From the sequence record CP054387.1: a stretch of 64,000 nucleotides of DNA. One strand, given 5' to 3'. The translations under genes and the position numbers were made by a program. A model generated the notes under the pieces. That model worked only from the letters and a program-made list of their open reading frames with translations. It did not search any database and was not told the DNA's origin. The stretch comes from Escherichia phage CMS-2020a. This document shows, in pieces, positions 27,729 to 37,599 of the stretch (positions are counted from its first letter, which is position 1; each line of letters starts with the position of its first letter).

Positions 27729-28985
27729 CTATCGAGAACCACCAAGAATAACACGGTTTTTGACTGGATACCTACGATGTACTGGATAGCCCAATGCGTC
27801 TGCACTATGCTCAATGCCACCTGTCTTATCCATATCTCGTGTTCCAGGCTTGTAGATGACTTTTTCCAGTGAATCAATCAAATGCTTGCACTTCGGATCG
27901 ATATACAGCCGGATATCTCCAGATGCGGACATCAGCATTCGGTTAACAGCATTAACACGATCCGCAATTGGCGGGTGCTTTTTCGAATAATCGACACGTA
28001 AGAATCCCTTCTCTTTGAATATGTCTACGTCAGACTCCCCACGAGCATGTTGGCGATAAGCACCTGCCGGATCTGGAAATACCGTTACCTGTGATTTCCA
28101 GCGCCAGAAGCGTCTCTCAAGCTCATCACAAACTTCTGCCGTGTTAGAGGAAAAGAGCACCAATTCATCAATTGCCCATAGCTCACCATTTGGCTGAGGT
28201 TGCAAAATTACTGAAGACATCGGGTCAATGTTGAAGTCCTGCCCTACCCATATAGGCAACCGAGGGTTGAACTGAAGCGGTTTTACATGCACGTTACGAT
28301 CGAACGGGTAGTAAACGCGCCCGGACATGTTCTCAAAGCTGGCCAGGTACTCCTGAGCGAACGATTTGGGGTCCATATCGTTCTTAGCAGCTTCAATTTC
28401 CGCCGTAGGTACAAACGGAGAATCGGCAGTTACAAACTGCCAGCTCTTCCACTGTCCCTTTCTTTGCAGCTCTACGTTCTGGCCTATAGTCCACAGTTTG
28501 TGAAATTCCGAGAAGCCTTTTGGCGTACCAATGATCAGTGCACCGCCGCGTGTCGATGAAAGAGTAGGTCGTAACACCTTGTACCAGGTGTCAGCCTTCA
28601 TATCCTGAAATTCATCAAGCACTACAAAATGCAACGCTACGCCGCGCAGAGTGTCAGGCTTATCAGCACCTTTGAGGGCGATCTCCGAACCGTTCTTCAA
28701 CACGATTGTCATCGTGGTGTCGTTCTTTTTCCTAACCCACTTACGAGGCAGAACTTCCTGTAGATCGTCCCACAAAATCTGGCGAGCCATCTGGTAAGTA
28801 GGAGCGACATACCAGACCCTTTGCTTTTTTTCCTTTGCCGCCGCACGAATAATAGTGGAGATCGACAACCGGGATTTTCCCCAGCGTCGACCAGCACAAA
28901 CAACTTTAAATCGATGCGGAGACTGGAAGACTTTCATCTGTCCAGAATGCAGTTGCACAAGACTGAGCGAGGACGGGATTGCCAT
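27729..28985 (-). CDS. terminase large subunit
   Basis: 418 aa; Walker A VVCAGRRWGKS, Walker B HFVVLDEFQD, acidic residues in C-terminal nuclease-like half. Confidence 0.8.
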   Translation of the reverse strand: MAIPSSLSLVQLHSGQMKVFQSPHRFKVVCAGRRWGKSRLSISTIIRAAAKEKKQRVWYVAPTYQMARQILWDDLQEVLPRKWVRKKNDTTMTIVLKNGSEIALKGADKPDTLRGVALHFVVLDEFQDMKADTWYKVLRPTLSSTRGGALIIGTPKGFSEFHKLWTIGQNVELQRKGQWKSWQFVTADSPFVPTAEIEAAKNDMDPKSFAQEYLASFENMSGRVYYPFDRNVHVKPLQFNPRLPIWVGQDFNIDPMSSVILQPQPNGELWAIDELVLFSSNTAEVCDELERRFWRWKSQVTVFPDPAGAYRQHARGESDVDIFKEKGFLRVDYSKKHPPIADRVNAVNRMLMSASGDIRLYIDPKCKHLIDSLEKVIYKPGTRDMDKTGGIEHSADALGYPVHRRYPVKNRVILGGSR

Positions 28986-29617
28986 TATTTGTCCTCCCCT
29001 TCACTTCCATCATCTGTCGCATCAAATTCGCTTAGAGCTTCTTCTTCCAACGTCTCAAGCAATTCGTCATCGATGATTTCAGGCTCGTCGTCTTCCTGAC
29101 GTAATTTCGCCACCTGGGAAGGCGTAAGCTCACCAAATACCAGGTTCGGAATTTCTTCCTCGTCATTTTCCGCATGATCCATGCCCAATGCTTTGGACGA
29201 AACTTCAAAGCATTTTGCAAGGGTATTACTGGCTCTCTGTAAGCTCTTGAGAGAATCCTCAATCGCCCCTAAAGGCTTACCCTCACGTTTGGCCGTAGTG
29301 ACTTCGACCATCACCATCTGCCCCAACGCATACGCCCAGCCGTCATAACGTGTACGACGTTCTTCTATCTTTTCCGCACGGGCTTTAGCGCGAAGCTCTG
29401 CGTCAGATTTAAGAGACTCACGAACCATCTTCCCAACAGAGTCCGCGCCTTTCTCTAATCCTCGCTTTTTGAAATGTCTGGAGAGTGTTTCACGACGAAT
29501 GCCGTACTCTTCCTCCAGCTTTGAGAGTGTATATTCGCCTGACGTCCATTTGGCTTCAGCTTCGGCCCACTCCGCTGGTGTCAGGCGAGTTTTTACCTCG
29601 TCTTTTTCGACCGTCAT
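28985..29617 (-). CDS. terminase small subunit candidate (HTH N-terminus, acidic C-terminus)
   Basis: 210 aa, start/stop-overlapped with TerL; N-terminal HTH-like segment (LSKLEEEYGIRRETLSRHFKKRGL). Confidence 0.5.
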   Translation of the reverse strand: MTVEKDEVKTRLTPAEWAEAEAKWTSGEYTLSKLEEEYGIRRETLSRHFKKRGLEKGADSVGKMVRESLKSDAELRAKARAEKIEERRTRYDGWAYALGQMVMVEVTTAKREGKPLGAIEDSLKSLQRASNTLAKCFEVSSKALGMDHAENDEEEIPNLVFGELTPSQVAKLRQEDDEPEIIDDELLETLEEEALSEFDATDDGSEGEDK

Positions 29618-29710
29618 AGATCCCTCTAAAACACACAGAGCGCGTCCATGCGCTCTAAAACAACTTGTTTACTGCATCTGCTAACCAACTTGTTTTCTGG
29701 GGTGTTTAAT

Positions 29711-29812
29711 TAGGTCTGGCATGTCTTACGAAGCCTGCTTCCGTATATATTTAATAAGTTACTTATTATTTATATATACAGATGCAGGTCTTTAAATAAG
29801 CTCCCAGACCGA
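29711..29812. promoter_or_regulatory. conserved palindromic intergenic element, copy 1 (upstream of terminase genes)
   Basis: aggtctggc...gcctgcttccgtatatatttaataagttacttattatttatatatacagatgcaggtc...cccagacc; inverted arms cctgcttccgtatata / tatatacagatgcagg around an AT-rich palindromic centre; second copy at 61221..61306. Confidence 0.5.
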
Positions 29813-30079
29813 TTACATCACCAGTAACTTCGCTTTGGCTCGACCTAAAGTGGTTAACCCAAGAGTTCGGCGGTGATAGCGATTGTCACTGCGTTGGCGC
29901 GTATGCCCTTTCTCCACCAGCCCCTTTTTTATCAGAGCGCGAATTGAGAACTGGATACTTTGCTTGGTTGTCTTGTACGGCAAAACTTCAAGCAATTCGT
30001 CCAGGTCAAGTAGATGACCTCGCTCATAACCGAGATTGAGCGTTTTGATGATGTCCTTTTGTTTATCGGTTAACGTCAT
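29813..30079 (-). CDS. winged-helix DNA-binding protein (putative regulator)
   Basis: 88 aa, basic C-terminus, directly upstream of palindromic element and terminase. Confidence 0.5.
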   Translation of the reverse strand: MTLTDKQKDIIKTLNLGYERGHLLDLDELLEVLPYKTTKQSIQFSIRALIKKGLVEKGHTRQRSDNRYHRRTLGLTTLGRAKAKLLVM

Positions 30080-30088
30080 GGCAAATCC

Positions 30089-30979
30089 TTATGCCGGTAA
30101 AGCAATTTCTAACGGTTTATCCAAAGGTTGTTTGTCGAATGCCAGCAATGGCAGCGTGTCAGGCAGTCGACGACCAAAGTCAGGGTTTCGATACACACCA
30201 TACAACGGAGACGTAAAGCTCAGGTTGTGAATGTCCTTGAGCAGCTTCACAATGCTGGCCTCGTCCACCAGACTGTCGGCAATGTCCTGAATCGTCGTGC
30301 CACGATTCCGCCCAGCTTTTGCCAGGGAACTGTTCTTGTGGTAGTCCGCCACCAGATCACGCAGTGCACGGCGACGACGAGACTCGCTCATTGCGAACAA
30401 CTCTTTGACGATCGCCTCGTTATCACCCGTGTCGGAACGGAAATGGCGCTGGAATACACGCAGTGCACTTTCATAGCTCTTCGGTCGCTCAGGGCGGATG
30501 AACTTAAACCCTGCTTTCATGGCGAAGGGATTGTATTTGCTCATCGAGGACTGGATCTCAATGATTGGCCGGTCATGCATCCTGCTAACCAGGTTAATCA
30601 TTCGATAAGAGACGCCTACGCCACGATACTGAGTATCCACAACTGAGCGACTGATCACCGCAAAGTTGTTATTCACGTACCGACCCCAGTACTGGTTAGC
30701 CACGGTGGTATTAGTGGTTGGTTTCAACTTAGGAAACATGCGGTGGCGAGGTGCCAACAGTAGTTTCGGGTAAGCCATAACCACGACGCCCACCAGACGA
30801 TCATCAAGTTCGCAGCGATAGTAAGTTGGCGCGAAAGGTTTGCCGTCTGTTTTGTAGTGAAGCGACTTAAGAGCGTGCCAGTCCTCTACAGTTCCCTTTG
30901 TAACAGTCATTCGCTCCAGAAAGTCCAGATGACGCGGAAACTCTTCAGGGCGGTAGCGTTTAATGATGATGTCCGTCAT
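30089..30979 (-). CDS. GNAT-fold acetyltransferase-like protein with C-terminal extension
   Basis: 296 aa; VVDTQYRGVGVSYRMINLV fits GNAT motif A (R/Q-x-x-G-x-G); YNPFAMKAGFKFI fits motif B; overlaps ABC ATPase gene by 4 nt. Confidence 0.5.
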   Translation of the reverse strand: MTDIIIKRYRPEEFPRHLDFLERMTVTKGTVEDWHALKSLHYKTDGKPFAPTYYRCELDDRLVGVVVMAYPKLLLAPRHRMFPKLKPTTNTTVANQYWGRYVNNNFAVISRSVVDTQYRGVGVSYRMINLVSRMHDRPIIEIQSSMSKYNPFAMKAGFKFIRPERPKSYESALRVFQRHFRSDTGDNEAIVKELFAMSESRRRRALRDLVADYHKNSSLAKAGRNRGTTIQDIADSLVDEASIVKLLKDIHNLSFTSPLYGVYRNPDFGRRLPDTLPLLAFDKQPLDKPLEIALPA

Positions 30980-31641
30980 AAATGGACCTCATCATGACTA
31001 CCATTGTGATATTCCACCTTCACGCGTTCTTTGTAGTGCTTGGTGATCTGCATATCCGGGCGCAGCGCGTTCTTCAGGTCTTCGTGAGTCGTCGCCACCA
31101 TTACCGTCGCACCAACCTTTCGAGCGGCACGCTGGAGGTTAGATGCCACAACCTGAGCGGTTACACGGTCTAGAACAGCACCGAACTCGTCAGCAGCCCA
31201 CACTTTAGCGCCTGACTCAATCAGTTTGGCAATCTTGAGACGATATTTCTGGCCGTCTGACATTTCAGAAGGCTTGCGAACAAACAGATATGCATCGTTC
31301 AGACCAGCCATAGATAACAACCCAAGCGCATCGCTGGTCGTTTTGCCCAACTGATCGATGACGTTAACCTCATTATCGAAGGTAAAATCATCGATGGAGG
31401 CTACAGACAGCCCTTCATCCTTCATCTGTCGTTGCAACTCGCGCAGCACAACGGATTTGCCGGAACCGGATTGGCCGGTGATGTACACCACATCGCCCTG
31501 CTTCACTTCCAGCTCCAGATTGTCGTAAAGCGTCCACTCTTTTTCGTCCAGGCCAAGCCCGAACGACTCAGCGATTTCCAACGTGCGCGTGGTTTTATTT
31601 ACGCGTGTCTGAAACGATACGTTGATGTTGTATTTGCTCAT
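30976..31641 (-). CDS. ABC-type ATPase (stand-alone nucleotide-binding domain)
   Basis: 221 aa; Walker A GQSGSGKS, signature-like SDGQKYRL, Walker B VWAADEFG, H-loop ATTHE. Confidence 0.8.
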   Translation of the reverse strand: MSKYNINVSFQTRVNKTTRTLEIAESFGLGLDEKEWTLYDNLELEVKQGDVVYITGQSGSGKSVVLRELQRQMKDEGLSVASIDDFTFDNEVNVIDQLGKTTSDALGLLSMAGLNDAYLFVRKPSEMSDGQKYRLKIAKLIESGAKVWAADEFGAVLDRVTAQVVASNLQRAARKVGATVMVATTHEDLKNALRPDMQITKHYKERVKVEYHNGSHDEVHL

Positions 31642-32306
31642 GCAGCCATCTCCCCGGAAGAGATCTTCTCCGCATATGCCACAAATGCGTCTACCCCGCT
31701 TTCTCCCGTCATTTCTTCCATATGGGCAAGCAAATCACCAACAACAATGGCAGAGCCAGCAGGGAGAGTTTTAAAGCCCAATACGTCGACAACACGTACT
31801 TCTTCCGCTGCAACTTCACGACTGATCTCGGTGTGTTCATCCTTCTGTCGTTTAGTTTCTTCGCTAAGATCGATAACTAGCGAGTCGGTGTCCATTTCTT
31901 CTGTCATACTGCCAACGAGAACATTCAACTCACGCTCTTCAAAGCCGAAAACCTCGATATCGTCCAGAACAAGCGACTCAAGCTCTTTCTGTAGCTTAAT
32001 TGCATCGTAATCAATGCTGGCAAGTCGGTTATCTTCAAGGCGCTTCGCACGAACCTCGTCATCACTGAGATCATCGCGAACAATAACCGGTACACGCTCA
32101 AGTCCAGCAAAAATTGCAGCCTCACGGCGGCCGTGGCCAGTAATAATTACGTCGTTCTTATCGACCGTAATTGGCTGGTCAAATCCGCGCTTTTTAATGG
32201 CTGCGGCCAGATCTCTGATCTGCTGTTCATCATGCTTTTTGGCATTCATCTCATAGGGAATAAGATCTGCCGGGTCGCGATATACGATTTCAAACTTTTT
32301 GGTCAT
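31638..32306 (-). CDS. ParB-like nuclease domain protein 1
   Basis: Start at ATG 32306 (AAGGAG upstream, TAATG overlap with upstream stop); IITGHGRREAAIFAGLERVPVIVRD matches ParB/Srx GxxRxxAA box. Confidence 0.7.
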   Translation of the reverse strand: MTKKFEIVYRDPADLIPYEMNAKKHDEQQIRDLAAAIKKRGFDQPITVDKNDVIITGHGRREAAIFAGLERVPVIVRDDLSDDEVRAKRLEDNRLASIDYDAIKLQKELESLVLDDIEVFGFEERELNVLVGSMTEEMDTDSLVIDLSEETKRQKDEHTEISREVAAEEVRVVDVLGFKTLPAGSAIVVGDLLAHMEEMTGESGVDAFVAYAEKISSGEMAA

Positions 32307-33004
32307 TACATACGCTCCTTGTAGTAGTCGACCAGCCACACTAGAGCCTCACCAGCGTTTTCCATTTCATTGCCAGTATTAATTGCCTGGTCTTTGATGA
32401 TGTTTTTTATGGTTTCTGCAACGCGATCTGACGCATCGAAGGTTACTTTGAAGCGCATGGTCTGATGTTCCGCACCGACACGTTCGGTTTTCTCTCGTTT
32501 GTCGGTATCGACAGGCTCATCACTACCACGAGACAACGCCTCCAGTGCTTCAAGGTCGATTGCCGCCTCTTTTGCTAAAACCATCGAGATTTCGTCGTCA
32601 TACGGGGCGATTTCAGACAGTTGATAGTCAAGTTCTGACTGAATTTCTTCAATGAAGCGTTGCAATGCGATTTGGTCGTCTTCACCGTATCGCTCGTTGT
32701 CCACCAGTGACATCTGTTTTGCCACGACATCGCTAATTTTGCCCACAGAAAGCACAGGAACCGTTGAAATTCCTTGCTCAATAGCAGCACGCCAGCGATG
32801 TTCGCCGCCGAGGATTTCAAAAAATCCATCTTCAAGCTCACGAGCCAAAATTGGCTTAAAAAAGCCCAATTTTTCGATAGAACCTTTCAGTTTTTCGAAA
32901 TTCTGCGCACCAACCGAATTGGTGTTCCAGGTATTCGGGCGAAGGTTGGCAACATCAACCTGCAAAATCGTGATTTTTACGTCCATTTTATTGCTACAAT
33001 CCAC
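32306..33004 (-). CDS. ParB-like nuclease domain protein 2
   Basis: 232 aa (start ambiguous, GTG 33004 or ATG 32986); ILGGEHRWRAAIEQGISTVPV is a ParB-type motif. Confidence 0.7.
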   Translation of the reverse strand: MDCSNKMDVKITILQVDVANLRPNTWNTNSVGAQNFEKLKGSIEKLGFFKPILARELEDGFFEILGGEHRWRAAIEQGISTVPVLSVGKISDVVAKQMSLVDNERYGEDDQIALQRFIEEIQSELDYQLSEIAPYDDEISMVLAKEAAIDLEALEALSRGSDEPVDTDKREKTERVGAEHQTMRFKVTFDASDRVAETIKNIIKDQAINTGNEMENAGEALVWLVDYYKERM

Positions 33005-33068
33005 TAAGTAATCACTTACTTATTATAATAGCCAAATAACATACAAAAGGCACTAAGGAAAGAGGTTT

Positions 33069-34628
33069 ATGACTGTTCGGATTGTATCTAACGCAGTAAA
33101 TGCGCTTATTTCTGGCGCAGATGACAAGGTAAAGCAACTGGTGCAGCAAATGTTGAGCTACGAAGTCGAGGCTGGCGACTGGAAGGGCACAAGCACAATG
33201 TTCAACTGGAGCAAAAACTCGTTCCCTGCTGGCTTTGCCAAGCCCGTGGCGGCTAATTTGAACAAGGCGGGCATCAAATGTGTTCATATCCGCAAAGACA
33301 AAGCCCCGGCGCTTGGTAAACCAAATCCGGCGGTTAACCCATTCCCATACAATCCTGATTATGCGTATCAGGATCAGACTGTGGAAACACTGGTTCGAGA
33401 GGGAATGATGATTGCGCAGATCGCTACTGGTGGCGGGAAATCTAACGTTGCCTGCAAAGCAGCTGCACGTATCGGTCGAATGACATTATTTTTAACAACC
33501 CGCTCTGTTCTGATGTTTCAAATGGCCGAAAACTTCCAGAGATCCATCGACTACCGCGCCGAAAATGGCGAACCGTGGTTAAAGGGCCAAAAGGTTGGAG
33601 TCATTGGCTCGGGTGAGTTCCAGGTATCACGACATATCAACGTCGCTACAGTTCAAACTCTGGCAAGTTTCCTTGAAGAACCACCACGCGATGCAACACC
33701 AGATAAAAAGAGCTACCACCTCAAACGTCGGGAGTTGGTGAAACGCTTCCTTTCAAGTGTGTCTCTGCTTATTCTGGAAGAAGCGCATGAGTCTTCAGGC
33801 TCTAATTTCTATGACATTGCTAGATTATGTGTGAACGCAGACTATCGTCTGGCGCTTACAGCCACGCCGTTCATGAAGGATTCGACGGAAGCCAACATGC
33901 GCCTGATGGCGATGGCCGGGCGAATTGAAATTAAAGTCACAGAAAAGTATCTGATTGATCGAGGCATTCTGGCAAAGCCGTACTTCCTTTATCATAAAGT
34001 TGCCTACAAGCCAGACGAGGCCAGAATCAAGGCCGAACTTGCCAACAAACACCTCAATTTTAGAGTTGGTATGAGCACCGCCTACCAAAAGGCTTATCAG
34101 TTGGGGATCGTGTATAATTTGGGACGTAACGAGGCCATTGTGCGCGAAGCATTGCTCTATAAGCAACATTCTCTCAATTGCATGACTCTGGTTCGTCTTA
34201 AACGCCACGGGCAAATCCTGATGGAGATGATGAAGGAGTCCGGCCTTATAGTTGACTTCATCTATGGGGAATCGAACCAGGCGACAAGGCAAGCAAAGCT
34301 GAACAGTTTAGCGTCTGGCGAAATAGATGTTTTAATAGGCTCGACTATTCTGGATGTCGGTGTTGATGTGCCAAGCGTTGGTGCGGTCATTCTGGCTGGT
34401 GGTGGGAAAGCAGAAGTTGAAATGAGACAGCGTGTCGGTCGTGGCTTACGAGCCAAGAAGAATCAGGCAAACGTGTGTTTTATCACTGATTTCATTGACA
34501 TTAGCAACAAATACCTGTTGTCTCACTCTTATGAGCGAAAACACATCATCGACACCACACCTGGCTTTGCAGAAGGTGTATTGCCTGTTGATGGCGCATT
34601 CGATTTTGGAGTTCTGAAACGAGATTAG
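33069..34628 (+). CDS. SF2 DEAD/DEAH-box-type helicase
   Basis: 519 aa; motif I ATGGGKS, motif II LILEEAHE, motif III LTATP, motif VI RQRVGRGLR; RBS AAGGAAAGAGG upstream. Confidence 0.85.
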   Translation: MTVRIVSNAVNALISGADDKVKQLVQQMLSYEVEAGDWKGTSTMFNWSKNSFPAGFAKPVAANLNKAGIKCVHIRKDKAPALGKPNPAVNPFPYNPDYAYQDQTVETLVREGMMIAQIATGGGKSNVACKAAARIGRMTLFLTTRSVLMFQMAENFQRSIDYRAENGEPWLKGQKVGVIGSGEFQVSRHINVATVQTLASFLEEPPRDATPDKKSYHLKRRELVKRFLSSVSLLILEEAHESSGSNFYDIARLCVNADYRLALTATPFMKDSTEANMRLMAMAGRIEIKVTEKYLIDRGILAKPYFLYHKVAYKPDEARIKAELANKHLNFRVGMSTAYQKAYQLGIVYNLGRNEAIVREALLYKQHSLNCMTLVRLKRHGQILMEMMKESGLIVDFIYGESNQATRQAKLNSLASGEIDVLIGSTILDVGVDVPSVGAVILAGGGKAEVEMRQRVGRGLRAKKNQANVCFITDFIDISNKYLLSHSYERKHIIDTTPGFAEGVLPVDGAFDFGVLKRD

Positions 34629-34630
34629 TT

Positions 34631-34909
34631 ATGAGTGAAAAGAAAACAACTTATTGCCAAGTGGCATTGTCTGATAAGGCCAATGAAAAACTTGGAAAAT
34701 TTCAAATAAAACTCAAAGAGAAAAAAATCAAGATGTCTAAGGCTGAAGTTATCAATGCCATTCTGGAGACGATGACTATGGCTGAATTTGACAAAGTCAC
34801 ATCTGCCGTTGGGGTTTCCGCTAAGACGCGTGAGAAAATCATGCGCATCTATGAAAACTCCAATATGACAAAAAAAGATTTAGAGGAAATACTGAGCAGG
34901 TTGCCGTAA
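34631..34909 (+). CDS. hypothetical small protein
   Basis: 92 aa ORF starting 3 nt after helicase stop, Lys-rich, AT-rich. Confidence 0.5.
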   Translation: MSEKKTTYCQVALSDKANEKLGKFQIKLKEKKIKMSKAEVINAILETMTMAEFDKVTSAVGVSAKTREKIMRIYENSNMTKKDLEEILSRLP

Positions 34910-34941
34910 CATTTCATATTTACCCCCTATCTACTAATTCT

Positions 34942-35541
34942 ATGATGTGCTCACTTGTTAGAAAGAAGCACATCATGAGTTGGTTAAAAGAATTATCATT
35001 TGTTGACACCACTGGCGCTAAGAAAAATCATTCTTTCTGGAAAGTCAGCGATCCTTCTGATTTTCTTGTTGGTGCTAATGCTGCTTTTGAATTGCTTAAC
35101 TTTTATCAACGTTATCCTGAAATGAAACACAGTCCACTCCTGTACAGAATAACAAACGATATGAATAGGTCTGGTTTATTATCAAGTGAGTCAGCGAAAG
35201 GCTTTTTTAGCAAAATAACGCCACACATATCATTCGATGCTGCAAACGAAATTGATTATCTATCCACGAAACCTCAAGAACAATTATCTGTACCACCTGA
35301 GAAAAAAGAAAGACGAATTGCCAGCATTGAAAATATATCGAAAGAGCTTCGCACAACAACGTTGAGGCTGCTGAACTTTCTTACGCTACTGAATTGGATA
35401 GATGATCAAACATTGATTCCATCAACCGAAGCGTTGGATAACAGAGTCCTTCGTCTAAACAAAAAATCGCAATTTGGTTTTGTGTTCACCAAAAAAGGTG
35501 AAGATTTAATCAAAAGAAAATATAGATTATTGAATAATTAA
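34942..35541 (+). CDS. hypothetical protein
   Basis: 199 aa ORF (alternative start at MSWLKEL), AT-rich codon usage, no recognised motif. Confidence 0.5.
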   Translation: MMCSLVRKKHIMSWLKELSFVDTTGAKKNHSFWKVSDPSDFLVGANAAFELLNFYQRYPEMKHSPLLYRITNDMNRSGLLSSESAKGFFSKITPHISFDAANEIDYLSTKPQEQLSVPPEKKERRIASIENISKELRTTTLRLLNFLTLLNWIDDQTLIPSTEALDNRVLRLNKKSQFGFVFTKKGEDLIKRKYRLLNN

Positions 35542-35686
35542 TAGTCTACATGCAGGTGTATGAGAGCACCTGTATGTGACATTCATCACATTTTTTGAAG
35601 TACACACCTCCGGCTGAAAAAATTTCTTGATTGGCTGAACGATATTTGTAGGCTTTTCAATTGATAACTAAGGTCGGATACTGTAG

Positions 35687-36175
35687 ATGAGTATTTCTAT
35701 AAACAAAATAATTAACTCTTTACGACATAAAATATCACATGGAAAAGATGTTCTTTTTAAAGACAAATATTATCTATTCAACTTAGAGCCGTACAAATGT
35801 ACAAAATTTTATATCACTCGCAACCGTAAATATTCAGTTTCAATCACAAAAGACATGAAGAAAATCTCTTCAGAAGAGTACTTCATATCACATATTTATA
35901 TCTACCCATTTAAATTAGAACCATTAAATATAATTCTTCCAACAATAAAAGGGGTTGAACTTGAAGGTTATACTTTAAGCTCTAACTTTAATGATATGGG
36001 TGTACAAAAACCAGGGACAAGGTCATACTACGCCTACAAAGTAAAATGCAATAACTACAACGCACTTAACATGCTAATCAGCAAACTTGAAACGGAGATA
36101 GTCGAAGGAAATCTAAATGACGATCATGAAAAATTAGAACAAATAGAAAGACTTAGAAAGTGTGATGTTAAATAA
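35687..36175 (+). CDS. hypothetical protein
   Basis: 162 aa ORF, AT-rich, no recognised motif. Confidence 0.5.
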   Translation: MSISINKIINSLRHKISHGKDVLFKDKYYLFNLEPYKCTKFYITRNRKYSVSITKDMKKISSEEYFISHIYIYPFKLEPLNIILPTIKGVELEGYTLSSNFNDMGVQKPGTRSYYAYKVKCNNYNALNMLISKLETEIVEGNLNDDHEKLEQIERLRKCDVK

Positions 36176-36790
36176 TTGGATTATCATGATATGAAAATGA
36201 AACTTTCGTTACTCCTTGCTTGCATATACCTCCCGGCGTTTTCCGCCAACGCATTATCAGATTTCGTCTCTGACATGCAAAAAACGTACAGCATGTTTAC
36301 CTCCGAAGACGTAGTAGAATACAAATCACGAGGTCTGAATCAGCCAGTTTGGTTCAGATTCTCAGACAACGCAGAAGAAACAATACTTAATGGAGGAAAA
36401 GAAAGATTACGGTTGCAAATTAACGGGACCGCTGTACCAGAAAACGTTAATGTAAGCTCTGACGAAGCCATGAAGCCATCTGGAATTGTTTTAGAAGTTC
36501 AAGACGGCACACTTTACTGTGATGAAATGGCTACAACAGGTTGCCAAGTAAACATTAGGGTTGGCAATGAAGACCCTATCGTTACTTACGCCAAGGCTGA
36601 AGGGAATACAAGTGGAAAGGTATTGTTTATCGATGAAAATACCTCAAAACGTATCGTTCGTGACATACAGAAAACAGCGAACTCTAAATCCGTCGATAAA
36701 AAAATCTATGTTGAGGTTCCCTTCTTTGTCGTTGGTAACAAAGAATTTAAATTTGGGTTGCTGAAAACACCTCTAAGAGTATCAGAATGA
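36176..36790 (+). CDS. hypothetical secreted/periplasmic protein
   Basis: N-terminus MKMKLSLLLACIYLPAFSANA looks like a Sec signal peptide with AxA-type cleavage region. Confidence 0.55.
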   Translation: MDYHDMKMKLSLLLACIYLPAFSANALSDFVSDMQKTYSMFTSEDVVEYKSRGLNQPVWFRFSDNAEETILNGGKERLRLQINGTAVPENVNVSSDEAMKPSGIVLEVQDGTLYCDEMATTGCQVNIRVGNEDPIVTYAKAEGNTSGKVLFIDENTSKRIVRDIQKTANSKSVDKKIYVEVPFFVVGNKEFKFGLLKTPLRVSE

Positions 36791-37311
36791 GAACATTGGA
36801 CATCACCTACGGCATACCGGCTGAAGTATGGCCGCGAGACTACGAACATGCTGAACGTACCTTGCTCTTCTGGCGGAAAGCTAAATTTCCTGTCAGAGTC
36901 ACACTTGAAGATGGTCAGGTGTTTTGCATGTATGTGCAGGGAACAATGTCTTCCCGCAACAAGCTAGATTTATGTCCAGCACCGCTTGATAATGACAATC
37001 GTATAAGACTCCCACTTGAGCGCATTAGTACAATTGAATCAGGTGTCATTGATGGCATTGCTTACGATTTCAAAGGGAGACTAACAATACATCCTGACTA
37101 TGTAGATAACCAGCCATCACGTCGTGACTTTTTTAAGATATGTCGTCAGGCTTACCAAAACGGCAAATCTATAAGGGTCTACATGGCAGACGGTCGCGAA
37201 ATTGAGGGAACGTCAGATGGTGTTGACGCCTGTCTAGTCACACTTAAGTTGGAGGACGGTAGAAAAATACTTATTTTCTTCGATTGGGTTGAACGAATCC
37301 TTCCGTTCTAA
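36787..37311 (+). CDS. hypothetical protein with two similar beta-rich halves
   Basis: 174 aa; internal duplication-like segments VRVTLEDGQVFCMYVQG and IRVYMADGREIEGTSDG; overlaps upstream stop by 4 nt. Confidence 0.5.
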   Translation: MRTLDITYGIPAEVWPRDYEHAERTLLFWRKAKFPVRVTLEDGQVFCMYVQGTMSSRNKLDLCPAPLDNDNRIRLPLERISTIESGVIDGIAYDFKGRLTIHPDYVDNQPSRRDFFKICRQAYQNGKSIRVYMADGREIEGTSDGVDACLVTLKLEDGRKILIFFDWVERILPF

Positions 37312-37326
37312 TTTCTATAAGGGCAA

Positions 37327-37356
37327 TAACCGGCTAAGTCCGGTTATTATTTTACA
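37327..37356 (+). terminator. rho-independent terminator
   Basis: Hairpin aataaccgg-ctaagt-ccggttatt followed by ATTTTAC after the 36787..37311 gene. Confidence 0.6.
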
Positions 37357-37599
37357 TGTCATTCATTTAATACCTTTTCAATTCTACCCCGTATAAATAT
37401 ATAAGGTCGAAAGCCGGAATCAATTATTTATTTAGGGAACACCTTCGACGATCTCGCTTTTATTTCTAGGACTTTCATCCCTGCAAAAATTTTAAAAAAA
37501 TCGCTTGCAATCTTTTTTCGCATATCGATAATTGAACTCGTCGAAAGCAAACAAGCTAACGACAAATAAATTTAAATATTTACATTAAGGAATAAAATC

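Noticed and set aside
33825-34292. 155-aa minus-strand ORF inside the helicase gene
   Set aside because: Antisense to a gene with complete SF2 helicase motifs.
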